35,669 nucleotides of DNA. Origin: a virus. Lineage: Duplodnaviria; Caudoviricetes. The stretch is from the IMG/VR virus record IMGVR_UViG_3300032290_000659, positions 1 to 35,669 of that record; one strand, 5' to 3'. Made by a program: the position numbers and the translations under genes. The notes beneath the pieces were generated by a model that saw only the letters and a list, made by a program, of their open reading frames with translations, did not search any database and had not been told where the DNA came from. Below are positions 1 through 7,392 of this stretch, piece by piece. Position 1 is the stretch's first letter; each line of letters opens with the position of its first letter.

Positions 1-387
1 AACAGGAACCATGGCAGGATCACCATAAGAACCCATACGAAGTACACGACCAGAGAATAACTTAACGTACTCATCTTCCGTGATCTGATCATAACCAGAA
101 CCAGAAGTGTAGCACTTCCAAATAGAATTAGGTGCCTGACCAACATTCACATAGCAGGTGCCATTGTTGATCTTACGATGAGGACAACCACCGCAAATAG
201 ATTCATCCAAACCCTCATTCGATGCAACCACAGGGTTAACATCACGACGCAGAATCCAGGTTTGGATCTCATCACCAGTCTTACGGTTTGAAGACTTTTC
301 AGTGAAACCTGTGGCAATCAGTACAATCGGAGAACCATCAATCGGAGAAAAACCTTCCCAGATCACGCGACCGTTTGTGTTGCTCAT
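1..387 (-). CDS. Cys-containing phage protein, GP88-like (possibly Fe-S/radical-SAM-related); 3' end runs off the window
   Basis: Not in the ORF track. Read manually from ATG 387: MSNTNGRVIWEGFSPIDGSPIVLIATG...SSNRKTGDEIQTWIL...SICGGCPHRKINNGTCYV...RMGSYGDPA, open to base 1. Preceded by -10 TATTCT (413-418) and the element at 447. Confidence 0.7.
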   Translation of the reverse strand, partial: MSNTNGRVIWEGFSPIDGSPIVLIATGFTEKSSNRKTGDEIQTWILRRDVNPVVASNEGLDESICGGCPHRKINNGTCYVNVGQAPNSIWKCYTSGSGYDQITEDEYVKLFSGRVLRMGSYGDPAMVPV

Positions 388-446
388 CGGTTTGATTCCT
401 GACGACTCATTAAGAATACACCATTCTGCGCCCAGTGCCGCCACCT

Positions 447-470
447 TGTGCCACTTATCAAACCGTCCAC
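447..470. promoter_or_regulatory. Palindromic early-promoter element, bidirectional copy
   Basis: TGTGCCActtatcaaacCGTCCAC; minus -10 TATTCT at 413-418 (28 nt away), plus -10 TATACT at 500-505 (29 nt away). Confidence 0.7.
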
Positions 471-611
471 TGATACCCTCAAACGGCACCATGAGACCCT
501 ATACTAAGATCACAAGCAAAGGAGAGGCGGAAACCTCAGCGACAACAACTAAGGTACTCACCCTGCAAAGAAATAACACTATAAAGAATTAAATAAGAAT
601 CCTTGTTTTAT

Positions 612-680
612 ACTTTACATTTAACTAAGTGTAAAGAATCAAATAAGGAGTTGATGACTATAAGAATCAACAACTCCTTA
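612..680. terminator. Two adjacent hairpins, likely terminators
   Basis: CTTTACA..TGTAAAG stem and TAAGGAGTTG..CAACTCCTTA 10-bp stem, just past the stop of 692-907. Confidence 0.5.
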
Positions 681-691
681 AGTATTAAGAA

Positions 692-907
692 TCAGATCAC
701 AAGTTCAATCCAATAACAATCATCACAATCACGATCTTGGTAGAGGTTACTACGAACAAGATCTTTCTGAATCAATGCACTCAGAACACCAGCACAAACT
801 TTATCACTACCGAAAGGATTAAGTTCATGTAACCATCCACACCCAGGTTCATCCATTCCTTCAATGATAGAATCAAGAAGTTGTTGTTCTTTAGTGGTGA
901 GTTTCAT
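692..907 (-). CDS. hypothetical protein (small, possibly winged-helix-like)
   Basis: 71-aa ORF with its own promoter (TATTCT 931-936, element at 966). Confidence 0.75.
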   Translation of the reverse strand: MKLTTKEQQLLDSIIEGMDEPGCGWLHELNPFGSDKVCAGVLSALIQKDLVRSNLYQDRDCDDCYWIELVI

Positions 908-965
908 GATGTGAATCTCTGGACTTTTATAGAATACACGAAAACAATCACGAGTCTAGGTATCC

Positions 966-989
966 TGTGCCACTTCAGAAACTGTCTGA
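966..989. promoter_or_regulatory. Palindromic early-promoter element, bidirectional copy
   Basis: TGTGCCActtcagaaacTGTCTGA; minus -10 at 931-936 and plus -10 TATAAT at 1019-1024, each 29 nt away. Confidence 0.7.
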
Positions 990-1235
990 GAGGTGCCCAG
1001 AAGGACCTGGAAGGTGCCTATAATACTCTCAGCGATACAAACCACCTATGAGTGTTTAATTCACAATTTAACGAAGCGTAGAGAACGCAATGACACAAAT
1101 CTAGAAACTTACCCTGCAAACTTATAATTTCTTATTCACTAAGTTATACTCTTTTCTATCACTCACTTCGTTCGTGATACACTTCGTGCTCTCTGATTGT
1201 TGATACTTTATTCACTTATCATCCCTCACAAAGGT

Positions 1236-1264
1236 ATTATACAAGGATTCAGAGTACGTGTCAA
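1236..1264 (-). promoter_or_regulatory. Perfect sigma70 consensus promoter with no downstream ORF
   Basis: TTGACA (1264-1259)-N17-TATAAT (1241-1236). Confidence 0.75.
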
Positions 1265-1289
1265 GTTTATATTCACGGTTTTATTGACA

Positions 1290-1330
1290 ACAAAAAGGTC
1301 CCACAGGTACTTTGATACCTATGAGACCTT
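1290..1330 (-). terminator. Intrinsic terminator after the 1368-1541 gene
   Basis: Imperfect stem GGTCTCATAGGTA..TACCTGTGGGACC followed by TTTTTT on the minus strand. Confidence 0.55.
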
Positions 1331-1367
1331 ATTCACGAAAAAACTAAAAGTATAAAGAATTAACGAA

Positions 1368-1541
1368 TCACCACCTATCAGGACGCGACAAATCTTCCAC
1401 GTATGCTTCACATCTTTCTGCAGGTTCTAGTTTGAATAACTTTTCCCAATCAATTTGGTGTGGGTCGAAGTCTGGAAACGCTGTGATGTCCAAAGTTACA
1501 CGATAACGAACCTTCTGTGCTTGTTGATACGCAACCGACAT
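1368..1541 (-). CDS. hypothetical protein, 57 aa
   Basis: Below the track cutoff: MSVAYQQAQKVRYRVTLDITAFPDFDPHQIDWEKLFKLEPAERCEAYVEDLSRPDRW; consensus promoter directly upstream. Confidence 0.75.
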   Translation of the reverse strand: MSVAYQQAQKVRYRVTLDITAFPDFDPHQIDWEKLFKLEPAERCEAYVEDLSRPDRW

Positions 1542-1568
1542 GAGTGTGCTCCTGATTGACTTGAATAC

Positions 1569-1597
1569 ACTATAAGATGCTGTAGTGATTTTGTCAA
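1569..1597 (-). promoter_or_regulatory. sigma70-type promoter
   Basis: TTGACA (1597-1592)-N17-TATAGT (1574-1569). Confidence 0.7.
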
Positions 1598-1722
1598 GGT
1601 CTGTGTGTGATATTTATGTGGTTCTGGTGGATTTTTTGAGGTCTCTGTGTGGATTTTATGACGGCGGGGGAGAGTTTTTATTGACAAAATCGCGTTTCTC
1701 TGTTAGCGTCGTCAAAGATAAC

Positions 1723-1964
1723 GACTCCTAGGAGCATTTAATTGATTCATAAGATTCATAAGGATTCTATTCACAAGACTCCTAGGAGCATTTAATTGAT
1801 CATAAAGATCACTACACTCAGAGGCATTTAATTGATTCATAAGATTCATAAGGATTCTATTCACAAGACTCCTAGGAGCATTTAATTGATCATAAAGATC
1901 ACTACACTCAGAGGCATTTAATTGATCTATAAAAACTTAATTGATCTATAACTATAAAGATCAC
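1723..1964. repeat. 90-bp tandem repeat with iteron-like cores
   Basis: 1734-1836 is identical to 1824-1926. GCATTTAATTGAT at 1734, 1788, 1824, 1878, 1914 (partial at 1937). Palindrome CTCCTAGGAG at 1725, 1779, 1869. Confidence 0.9.
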
Positions 1965-2116
1965 ATCACAACATATTAACGATTTTATTCACGAATAACA
2001 TTGTCTTTATTTCAACACTTTCTGCTTTAATCAATTCTTAACAGTTATAACCTCATTTTCTACACACATATAATTATACCTAATACATACACAAATATGG
2101 TAGAAAATACAAGATC

Positions 2117-2656
2117 ATGGAAGTAAGATTTAAGATGATCAATGACATTGAAGGACTCGAAGATTATATTCACTATGCTATATCAACTGATGGTAATGTC
2201 TGGTCATTTAAGAACAACAAAAAACGAATACTTAAACACAGTTGGAGACGAAAGGTTGGTAAGAACTATTATGGAAAGTATGTTTGCTTAGTTAATAACA
2301 AAGGAAAAAGAAAACCTTTCTCAATACAAAGATTAGTTGCTCTTGCGTTCATACCTACTGACGATACAAATAGAAAGATCAGACACATTAACGGAGATAA
2401 GAACAATAACAGTGTTGATAACTTAGAATGGACATATACAATTCCTGAATGTAAACGAGAATATAAACAAACTAAAGTTAAAGTGAATAACTTTATCATT
2501 GAAAATGAATTACTTGATAAAATTAAATTAGTACATATTGCATCTATTAAAAAAGGATTAACTGTTCCTGATACAAATACCTTTTTGAATAAGATAGTAG
2601 AAAGTGCATTAGATGAATACATTATGCGTTACGGATTAAGAAAATTGATGCAATAA
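2117..2656 (+). CDS. NUMOD4/HNH (I-HmuI-like) family protein, probably nuclease-inactive, with a C-terminal extension
   Basis: YAISTDGNVWS (NUMOD4-like), QRLVALAFIP, HINGDKNNNSVDNLEW. Confidence 0.8.
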   Translation: MEVRFKMINDIEGLEDYIHYAISTDGNVWSFKNNKKRILKHSWRRKVGKNYYGKYVCLVNNKGKRKPFSIQRLVALAFIPTDDTNRKIRHINGDKNNNSVDNLEWTYTIPECKREYKQTKVKVNNFIIENELLDKIKLVHIASIKKGLTVPDTNTFLNKIVESALDEYIMRYGLRKLMQ

Positions 2657-2690
2657 AAAAGAGCGGAGTTACCAATTCCGCTCTCTTAAA
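2655..2690. terminator. Intrinsic terminator between convergent units
   Basis: A-run, then GAGCGGA-gttaccaat-TCCGCTC. Confidence 0.75.
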
Positions 2691-2802
2691 ATCACCTAAC
2701 CACCATTAAGAATTATCTGTTTCGTTACATGGTCACTTTTGATTGTAGATGAGGCAAACCACTTCCTCTTTGTTTAGAATCTTTTACGAAAACTTATTTT
2801 AA

Positions 2803-2928
2803 TCATTGTGCTGATTGTGCTGCGGATTGAATTGTATGAACTGCGCGATTACCAAGATTTGCTAATCCTTGAAATCCTACAGTTGCAAGAACAATACCAG
2901 TGACGATTCCTACAATGAAGTTATTCAT
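2803..2928 (-). CDS. small membrane peptide, 41 aa
   Basis: Manual read: MNNFIVGIVTGIVLATVGFQGLANLGNRAV...; hydrophobic N-terminus. Confidence 0.6.
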   Translation of the reverse strand: MNNFIVGIVTGIVLATVGFQGLANLGNRAVHTIQSAAQSAQ

Positions 2929-3061
2929 GATCGTAAACTTCTTGAATTGTTTCTTGAATCGTAATCACTTGATTTGATTCAGTTAGATAATCAGTTCGGA
3001 TTGTATTTGGTCCGATGATAGACTGACCGATAATTGTGGATGCAAGAAGAAGTTCAATCAT
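2921..3061 (-). CDS. hypothetical protein, 46 aa
   Basis: Manual read: MIELLLASTIIGQSIIGPNTIRTDYLTE...; overlaps both neighbours. Confidence 0.6.
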   Translation of the reverse strand: MIELLLASTIIGQSIIGPNTIRTDYLTESNQVITIQETIQEVYDHE

Positions 3062-3192
3062 TTGACAAGTTTAGCGGGTGAACCACAGGAACGATAAAAT
3101 GCAATCATACGTTCTGCTTCATCAAGTGTTGGAAATGTTTGAAACCTCCATTCACAAGAATTGTAAGGAGTTTGGTATGTGATGGTGAACAT
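3058..3192 (-). CDS. hypothetical protein
   Basis: MFTITYQTPYNSCEWRFQTFPTLDEAERMIAFYRSCGSPA; start moved to ATG 3192. Confidence 0.65.
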   Translation of the reverse strand: MFTITYQTPYNSCEWRFQTFPTLDEAERMIAFYRSCGSPAKLVK

Positions 3193-3378
3193 GAGAATCA
3201 AAGAGTGAAAGAAACAATCAAAAATGCAATTCTCATCAGACTTCATTACTCATTTCAATGATTTTATCATACAATGCAGGAATGTCTGCCTCTGTAAGTT
3301 CATTCAGATAGTGCCAATCAGATGATTCAAAAACTGCTAGAATTGCATCCAATTCTTGAAATGTCAGAGTAGTTTTTG

Positions 3379-3564
3379 TCATTTGTTCAGAAGAGAAGAG
3401 AAGTTGTCAACGACAATTTTGCAAGCAAGATCTTGAACCTCAGAGAGATAATCTACCTCACCGAATTGCGATTCAAGCATACAAATCAGATCCTCTTGGA
3501 TTTGTTCACGAAGACTCATCAATTCAGTCTTCGATGAGAAATAAGAAAATGAGTTTTCAGTCAT
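3379..3564 (-). CDS. hypothetical protein
   Basis: Track ORF in a minus-strand operon. Confidence 0.6.
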   Translation of the reverse strand: MTENSFSYFSSKTELMSLREQIQEDLICMLESQFGEVDYLSEVQDLACKIVVDNFSSLLNK

Positions 3565-3569
3565 GAGTT

Positions 3570-3776
3570 TCAGTTAAGAATGTGACGATAATCAATGGAT
3601 TTGATGCACCAACCTGTTGCACAAGTGATCTCTTCGACTAGATCATCTTCATCATCTGCTTCCCAGATTGTACCTAAGACTTCATCGTAGATTTCATCTT
3701 GAGACTCAACATCAAGTGGTTCATCATCAAGATCATCAGTGAAATCAAACTCAATTTCAGTAACTTGGAATTGCAT
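3570..3776 (-). CDS. acidic hypothetical protein, paralog of 3813-4010
   Basis: Shares IEFDF, QDEI and IT..TGWCI.S..Y with the neighbour. Confidence 0.75.
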   Translation of the reverse strand: MQFQVTEIEFDFTDDLDDEPLDVESQDEIYDEVLGTIWEADDEDDLVEEITCATGWCIKSIDYRHILN

Positions 3777-3812
3777 TGTTCTCAAGAGTGAGTAATGGTA
3801 AAAATCTTAGAA

Positions 3813-4010
3813 TCAAGCAACAATGACATCATATGACAAAGAATTGATGCACCATCCAGTGTTGTTAGTAATAGTATCAGTTAATTCTTCTTCAGTTGGT
3901 GAAGTCCAAAGACAATTTGTTGCTTTTTGAATGATCTCATCTTGCTCTTCTTGAGTGAGATCTTCACCATCAAAATCAAACTCAATTTTGGTGATTTTGT
4001 AGTAATTCAT
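3813..4010 (-). CDS. acidic hypothetical protein, paralog of 3570-3776
   Basis: Same shared motifs; promoter element at 4074. Confidence 0.75.
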   Translation of the reverse strand: MNYYKITKIEFDFDGEDLTQEEQDEIIQKATNCLWTSPTEEELTDTITNNTGWCINSLSYDVIVA

Positions 4011-4100
4011 GTCGTTTGAGTTGTTTTTGACTTTTTAAGTATTGCAGAGATTGCTGGACTTTGCAACCTCTGCTGTGCCAGTTTCAGAACTGGATAAGTT

Positions 4101-4280
4101 TCATGCAAACACCTCAGTCAGTTTGATGAACTTACCACCACGAACTTCATAGATGTTGACACGATTTCCATGAAGTTCTACACTCCAATCAAATGCAACA
4201 TCATAAGCATGTTCGAGATCAGTGTACCATTCTGCATCATCTTTGCAGAAGTCGGATGAAGTTGGAAGAACAGCAAACAT
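4101..4280 (-). CDS. hypothetical protein, 59 aa
   Basis: Manual read: MFAVLPTSSDFCKDDAEWYTDLEHAYDVAFDWSVELHG...; lies between elements at 4074 and 4340. Confidence 0.7.
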   Translation of the reverse strand: MFAVLPTSSDFCKDDAEWYTDLEHAYDVAFDWSVELHGNRVNIYEVRGGKFIKLTEVFA

Positions 4281-4339
4281 GTCGGTGGTTGTTTTCGACT
4301 CTTTTAATATACAGGTTTTTGAGCACTGTGCTCATTTCA

Positions 4340-4363
4340 TGTGCCACCTTGAGAATTGGCACA
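4340..4363. promoter_or_regulatory. Palindromic early-promoter element with perfect arms
   Basis: TGTGCCA-N10-TGGCACA. Confidence 0.75.
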
Positions 4364-4529
4364 TTGATGGCGGATCCTGGTATCAGTGTCTGGTGTCATT
4401 TGAGACTCGCTGAGAACCCAGTCCACCACTGAAGCAAAAACAGGAAAAACTTGCAATTTCACTGATCCTGATGTCTGTGTCATGCCGTGCAAATGAAAAA
4501 ACAGAAAAAATGATTTTTCATAAAAACAT

Positions 4530-4560
4530 AAAAAAAGAGAGGTATTTCTACCTCTCTTGA
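4530..4560 (-). terminator. Intrinsic terminator
   Basis: AAGAGAGGTA-tttc-TACCTCTCTT next to an A-run (U-tract on the minus strand). Confidence 0.8.
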
Positions 4561-4563
4561 TAA

Positions 4564-4695
4564 TCAGAACTCAATCGGTTCAGATGTTGGTTCGGAAGTG
4601 TTAATCTGTTCTTCAGTCAGAGTATCAAGAATCTGAAGAATCTCTTCACCAGTGTTACCTTTACGGAGAAGACTCATCATCACAGATTTGGTCAT
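4564..4695 (-). CDS. hypothetical protein, 43 aa
   Basis: Manual read: MTKSVMMSLLRKGNTGEEILQILDTLTEEQ...; followed by a terminator. Confidence 0.65.
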   Translation of the reverse strand: MTKSVMMSLLRKGNTGEEILQILDTLTEEQINTSEPTSEPIEF

Positions 4696-4765
4696 AATCA
4701 AAAAGAAAAAAAGTAAGGAACAGTTGAGCAGTTTTAAGACTTGCTTAGGTCTATTGAATCAGTCT

Positions 4766-4975
4766 TCAGTCATTGTCGAGTTCATAAACAAGATCTTCAA
4801 GTTCTTTCAAAAGTTCAGGAGTGAAAAGTTCAACGATTGGTGCAATAGGTCCATCATGTTCATCGAAATGATACAAATTATATTCATACTCATAATACAA
4901 ATCCTCATCTAGAGTCATTAGATTCTCTAGTTGTTGCTCTATACTCTGAATGAGTTGTTCTTGAGTTTCAGTCAT
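4766..4975 (-). CDS. acidic hypothetical protein
   Basis: Track ORF, start moved to MTETQEQ. Confidence 0.65.
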   Translation of the reverse strand: MTETQEQLIQSIEQQLENLMTLDEDLYYEYEYNLYHFDEHDGPIAPIVELFTPELLKELEDLVYELDND

Positions 4976-4976
4976 T

Positions 4977-5189
4977 TCAACCTCCACCGTACACACAATC
5001 TATAATGCCAGCAGAATGTTGTACGTTTTCGATAACAGTGAACTTTGCACACTCATCAAACTCTTCAGCATAATACTCTTTGAACTCTTTGATGAACAAT
5101 TCGCGGCAGTGGTCTTTCGATTCAGCAGCAATTACAACCATGCCACTGGTGTAATCAGAAAGGATTTCGTTGATGATGTAGAGATTCAT
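4977..5189 (-). CDS. hypothetical protein
   Basis: MNLYIINEILSDYTSGMVVIAAES...VYGGG; ATG overlaps the upstream stop. Confidence 0.7.
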   Translation of the reverse strand: MNLYIINEILSDYTSGMVVIAAESKDHCRELFIKEFKEYYAEEFDECAKFTVIENVQHSAGIIDCVYGGG

Positions 5190-5374
5190 AGTTCGACAAT
5201 CCAATCAGAATCAGAAGTGAGATTGACCCAGAAAAAGTTTTTACAGTTGAGTGATCGCAGAAACAAACGATCACCTTTGTTTTGTTCAATGATGCACTCC
5301 GATTCTTGATTCATAAGATTGCAGAATCGGTTTTTCGCTTTTTTAGATTTTGGAGTGACAAATGCAGTTTCCAT
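5186..5374 (-). CDS. hypothetical protein
   Basis: VTPKSKKAKNRFCNLM...FFWV; operon context. Confidence 0.7.
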   Translation of the reverse strand: METAFVTPKSKKAKNRFCNLMNQESECIIEQNKGDRLFLRSLNCKNFFWVNLTSDSDWIVEL

Positions 5375-5379
5375 GATCT

Positions 5380-5544
5380 TTAGTGGCGATCAGAAATGTT
5401 CCAAACATTGGTGGGTTGAGGTTGAATCAGACCAGCGCGAACTTTAGCACTGTACTCTGCTTCTTGTTGCAACTGTTGTTTGTAAGATTGAATTGCAATT
5501 TGCACTGCAGGATCATTCTTAGCGGTTTCGTTCAGAATAAACAT
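5380..5544 (-). CDS. hypothetical protein, 54 aa
   Basis: Manual read: MFILNETAKNDPAVQIAIQSY...WNISDRH; promoter at 5568-5627. Confidence 0.65.
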   Translation of the reverse strand: MFILNETAKNDPAVQIAIQSYKQQLQQEAEYSAKVRAGLIQPQPTNVWNISDRH

Positions 5545-5567
5545 GATTGAATTGCTTGAACTCTTTA

Positions 5568-5627
5568 AGAATACAAGGGCACCGCAGAGACCGCAAGTGC
5601 CCTTGTGCCAGTTGTCAAAGTGTCACA
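5568..5627 (-). promoter_or_regulatory. Early-promoter cassette (element, hairpin, -10)
   Basis: TGTGCCAgttgtcaaagTGTCACA at 5604-5627; AAGGGCAC..GTGCCCTT stem; TATTCT at 5568-5573. Confidence 0.75.
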
Positions 5628-5925
5628 CTGCTACTTTTTGATTGAACCAGAGTCTTTCATCTTCACTGACAATTTCACCATCTTTCCGATAATAAGTTTT
5701 CGTTGCACCTGGCATGTTCCAAAGTTTGCCATCATTAGCAATAATTGCCATGAAAGCATAATCAAAACTATGCTCATTCATCAGAGTTTCAACATACTCT
5801 TCTGCAAGTTTTTTAGAATCAAACAAACGAGTGGTTTGTGCAGTTTCACCCTCATAATCAGTTCCGCCCATTACCATGTAGGCAGAAAAGTTAGGATTTG
5901 CTTCAGAGAAAGAAACGAAAGTCAT
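5623..5925 (-). CDS. hypothetical protein
   Basis: 100-aa ORF whose stop lies inside the 5604 element. Confidence 0.7.
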   Translation of the reverse strand: MTFVSFSEANPNFSAYMVMGGTDYEGETAQTTRLFDSKKLAEEYVETLMNEHSFDYAFMAIIANDGKLWNMPGATKTYYRKDGEIVSEDERLWFNQKVAV

Positions 5926-5949
5926 TGTGGTGGTCTCTTGGACTCTTTA

Positions 5950-6007
5950 AGAATACAGGATTTGAGGCGATGTGCTCATTTGGTGTGCCAGTTCTACAAG
6001 TGTCACA
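5950..6007 (-). promoter_or_regulatory. Early-promoter cassette
   Basis: Element at 5984-6007; TATTCT at 5950-5955. Confidence 0.75.
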
Positions 6008-6287
6008 CTGCAAGGATTTCGAGATCACCATGCTTCAGAGCACGATTCAATTCGCTACCCCAGGATGTTGCTTCTCGTGCTTCACTATCGCTCAGAAGAT
6101 CAATCCAACGAAGTGCAGCAGCATCATCTTCAAAAGCATACTGATAGATTTTATCAGGATTGCTGTTGAAGATAACCAGCAGATCATAGGTTCCTTCCAT
6201 CTCTCCAGAGATTACAGAGAGTTGGGAGATTGCACTGCTGTTTACAGACTGGTGAACAAAAGTGCGTGAGGCGGTTGCGGTTGTCAT
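6003..6287 (-). CDS. hypothetical protein (KTSC-like N-terminus possible)
   Basis: VNSSAIS...LLVIFNSNPDKIYQY loosely resembles KTSC; stop lies inside the element. Confidence 0.65.
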   Translation of the reverse strand: MTTATASRTFVHQSVNSSAISQLSVISGEMEGTYDLLVIFNSNPDKIYQYAFEDDAAALRWIDLLSDSEAREATSWGSELNRALKHGDLEILAV

Positions 6288-6310
6288 GTTTGGTGTTCCT
6301 TGAACTTCTT

Positions 6311-6369
6311 AAGAATACAGGATTTTGGACGTTGTGCTCATTTTATGTGCCACCTATTCAACTGGCACA
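6311..6369 (-). promoter_or_regulatory. Early-promoter cassette
   Basis: TGTGCCA-N10-TGGCACA at 6346-6369; nearly the same block as 4305, 5949 and 7084. Confidence 0.75.
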
Positions 6370-6545
6370 TCCTCCAGCAGTTCGGGACTGTATTCTGTAA
6401 CTTCTCGAATCAGTTCAGCATCAGAATAGGATGATAGATTGCCCTGCAAAGTGTCATAAACGAAACACTCCATTGTTTTCATGTCCATTCCATCTAGGAT
6501 CTGCTGAGCATAATCAGCAATCAGTTGTTCGCGGTTGAATGTCAT
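6354..6545 (-). CDS. hypothetical protein
   Basis: 63-aa ORF; stop lies in the element spacer. Confidence 0.7.
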   Translation of the reverse strand: MTFNREQLIADYAQQILDGMDMKTMECFVYDTLQGNLSSYSDAELIREVTEYSPELLEDVPVE

Positions 6546-6682
6546 TTTGTGTTGCAGTAGTTGGTGTTAATTTGGCAGAAACGATCTGCTTGTTGTTCTT
6601 GATACTCATTGGTTGTTGCATGTGCAATCAGACCAAAGCGAAGACCAAGTGCAAGAGTAGCAATCAGAAATGCAATTCTCAT
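6542..6682 (-). CDS. small membrane or secreted peptide, 46 aa
   Basis: Manual read: MRIAFLIATLALGLRFGLIAHATTNEYQ...; ATGA overlaps. Confidence 0.6.
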   Translation of the reverse strand: MRIAFLIATLALGLRFGLIAHATTNEYQEQQADRFCQINTNYCNTK

Positions 6683-6807
6683 TTTTTTGATTTTTTGTGA
6701 CGATAAGATGCAGAAGGGTCAGGATCATAAAGACCGCCACCAGAGCGATCTTCAAGATAAAATAGAAACGCGAACATTGTCACAATAAACCCACCTAAAA
6801 TCAACAT
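6679..6807 (-). CDS. small membrane peptide, 42 aa
   Basis: Manual read: MLILGGFIVTMFAFLFYLEDRSGGGLYDPDP... Confidence 0.55.
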   Translation of the reverse strand: MLILGGFIVTMFAFLFYLEDRSGGGLYDPDPSASYRHKKSKK

Positions 6808-6809
6808 AA

Positions 6810-7058
6810 TCAACAAGCACCTTGCATAAAGTTGTACTCTTGAACTAGATCAATGTTGTCACCAGTGATAACATAATCAAGTGCAAGACGCTCATCAATC
6901 TCACGAATTGCATCTTTTTTGCTGATGCACTTTTGAGAGATTGTATCAACACCCTTCCAAGATAGAATCTTGAGAGTGTGAGTGGAGCAATCCTCAATGG
7001 GATAGAATCCCACGAGCATAGTTTTGTCTTTGGACTGAAGTGTGGGAAACTCAATCAT
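6810..7058 (-). CDS. hypothetical protein
   Basis: 82-aa ORF downstream of a promoter cassette. Confidence 0.7.
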   Translation of the reverse strand: MIEFPTLQSKDKTMLVGFYPIEDCSTHTLKILSWKGVDTISQKCISKKDAIREIDERLALDYVITGDNIDLVQEYNFMQGAC

Positions 7059-7083
7059 CAGGTGGTGTTCCTCTCGACTTCTT

Positions 7084-7142
7084 AAGAATACAGGATTTTG
7101 AGCACTGTGCTCATTTACTGTGCCAGTTCCACAAGTGTCACC
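7084..7142 (-). promoter_or_regulatory. Early-promoter cassette
   Basis: Element at 7119-7142; inverted repeat TGAGCAC-T-GTGCTCA; TATTCT at 7085-7090. Confidence 0.75.
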
Positions 7143-7392
7143 ATTTGTTTTGTTGTATCAAAATCTTCTTAATTTCTTGATAAATGAACTGACGAAGTTT
7201 AGGTTCGGTAGTGTTATCAAAAGCATTGTAAAGACGATTCAGATAATCTTGTTGTGTGACACCAATGTTACCATTACCTCCAATGTCATTGAGTGAAGAA
7301 CCTGCCTTAGATTTGGCACGTCCAAAATTGCCAGTGATGTTGCCCTGCGTTCTCAGTTTGGGGCGAATCTTTGAAAGGTTAGAGTGAGTCAT
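7138..7392 (-). CDS. hypothetical protein
   Basis: 84 aa; stop lies in an element arm. Confidence 0.7.
   Translation of the reverse strand: MTHSNLSKIRPKLRTQGNITGNFGRAKSKAGSSLNDIGGNGNIGVTQQDYLNRLYNAFDNTTEPKLRQFIYQEIKKILIQQNKW

Noticed and set aside
302-592. Plus-strand 96-aa ORF
   Set aside because: It overlaps a motif-bearing minus-strand gene and two promoters, and has no recognisable features.
1496-1687. Minus-strand 63-aa track ORF
   Set aside because: It spans a consensus promoter; the 1368-1541 frame directly after that promoter is the better gene.
1734-1926. CRISPR mini-array
   Set aside because: The core repeat is only 13 bp, the intervening sequences are exact duplicates rather than unique spacers, and no cas genes are present.
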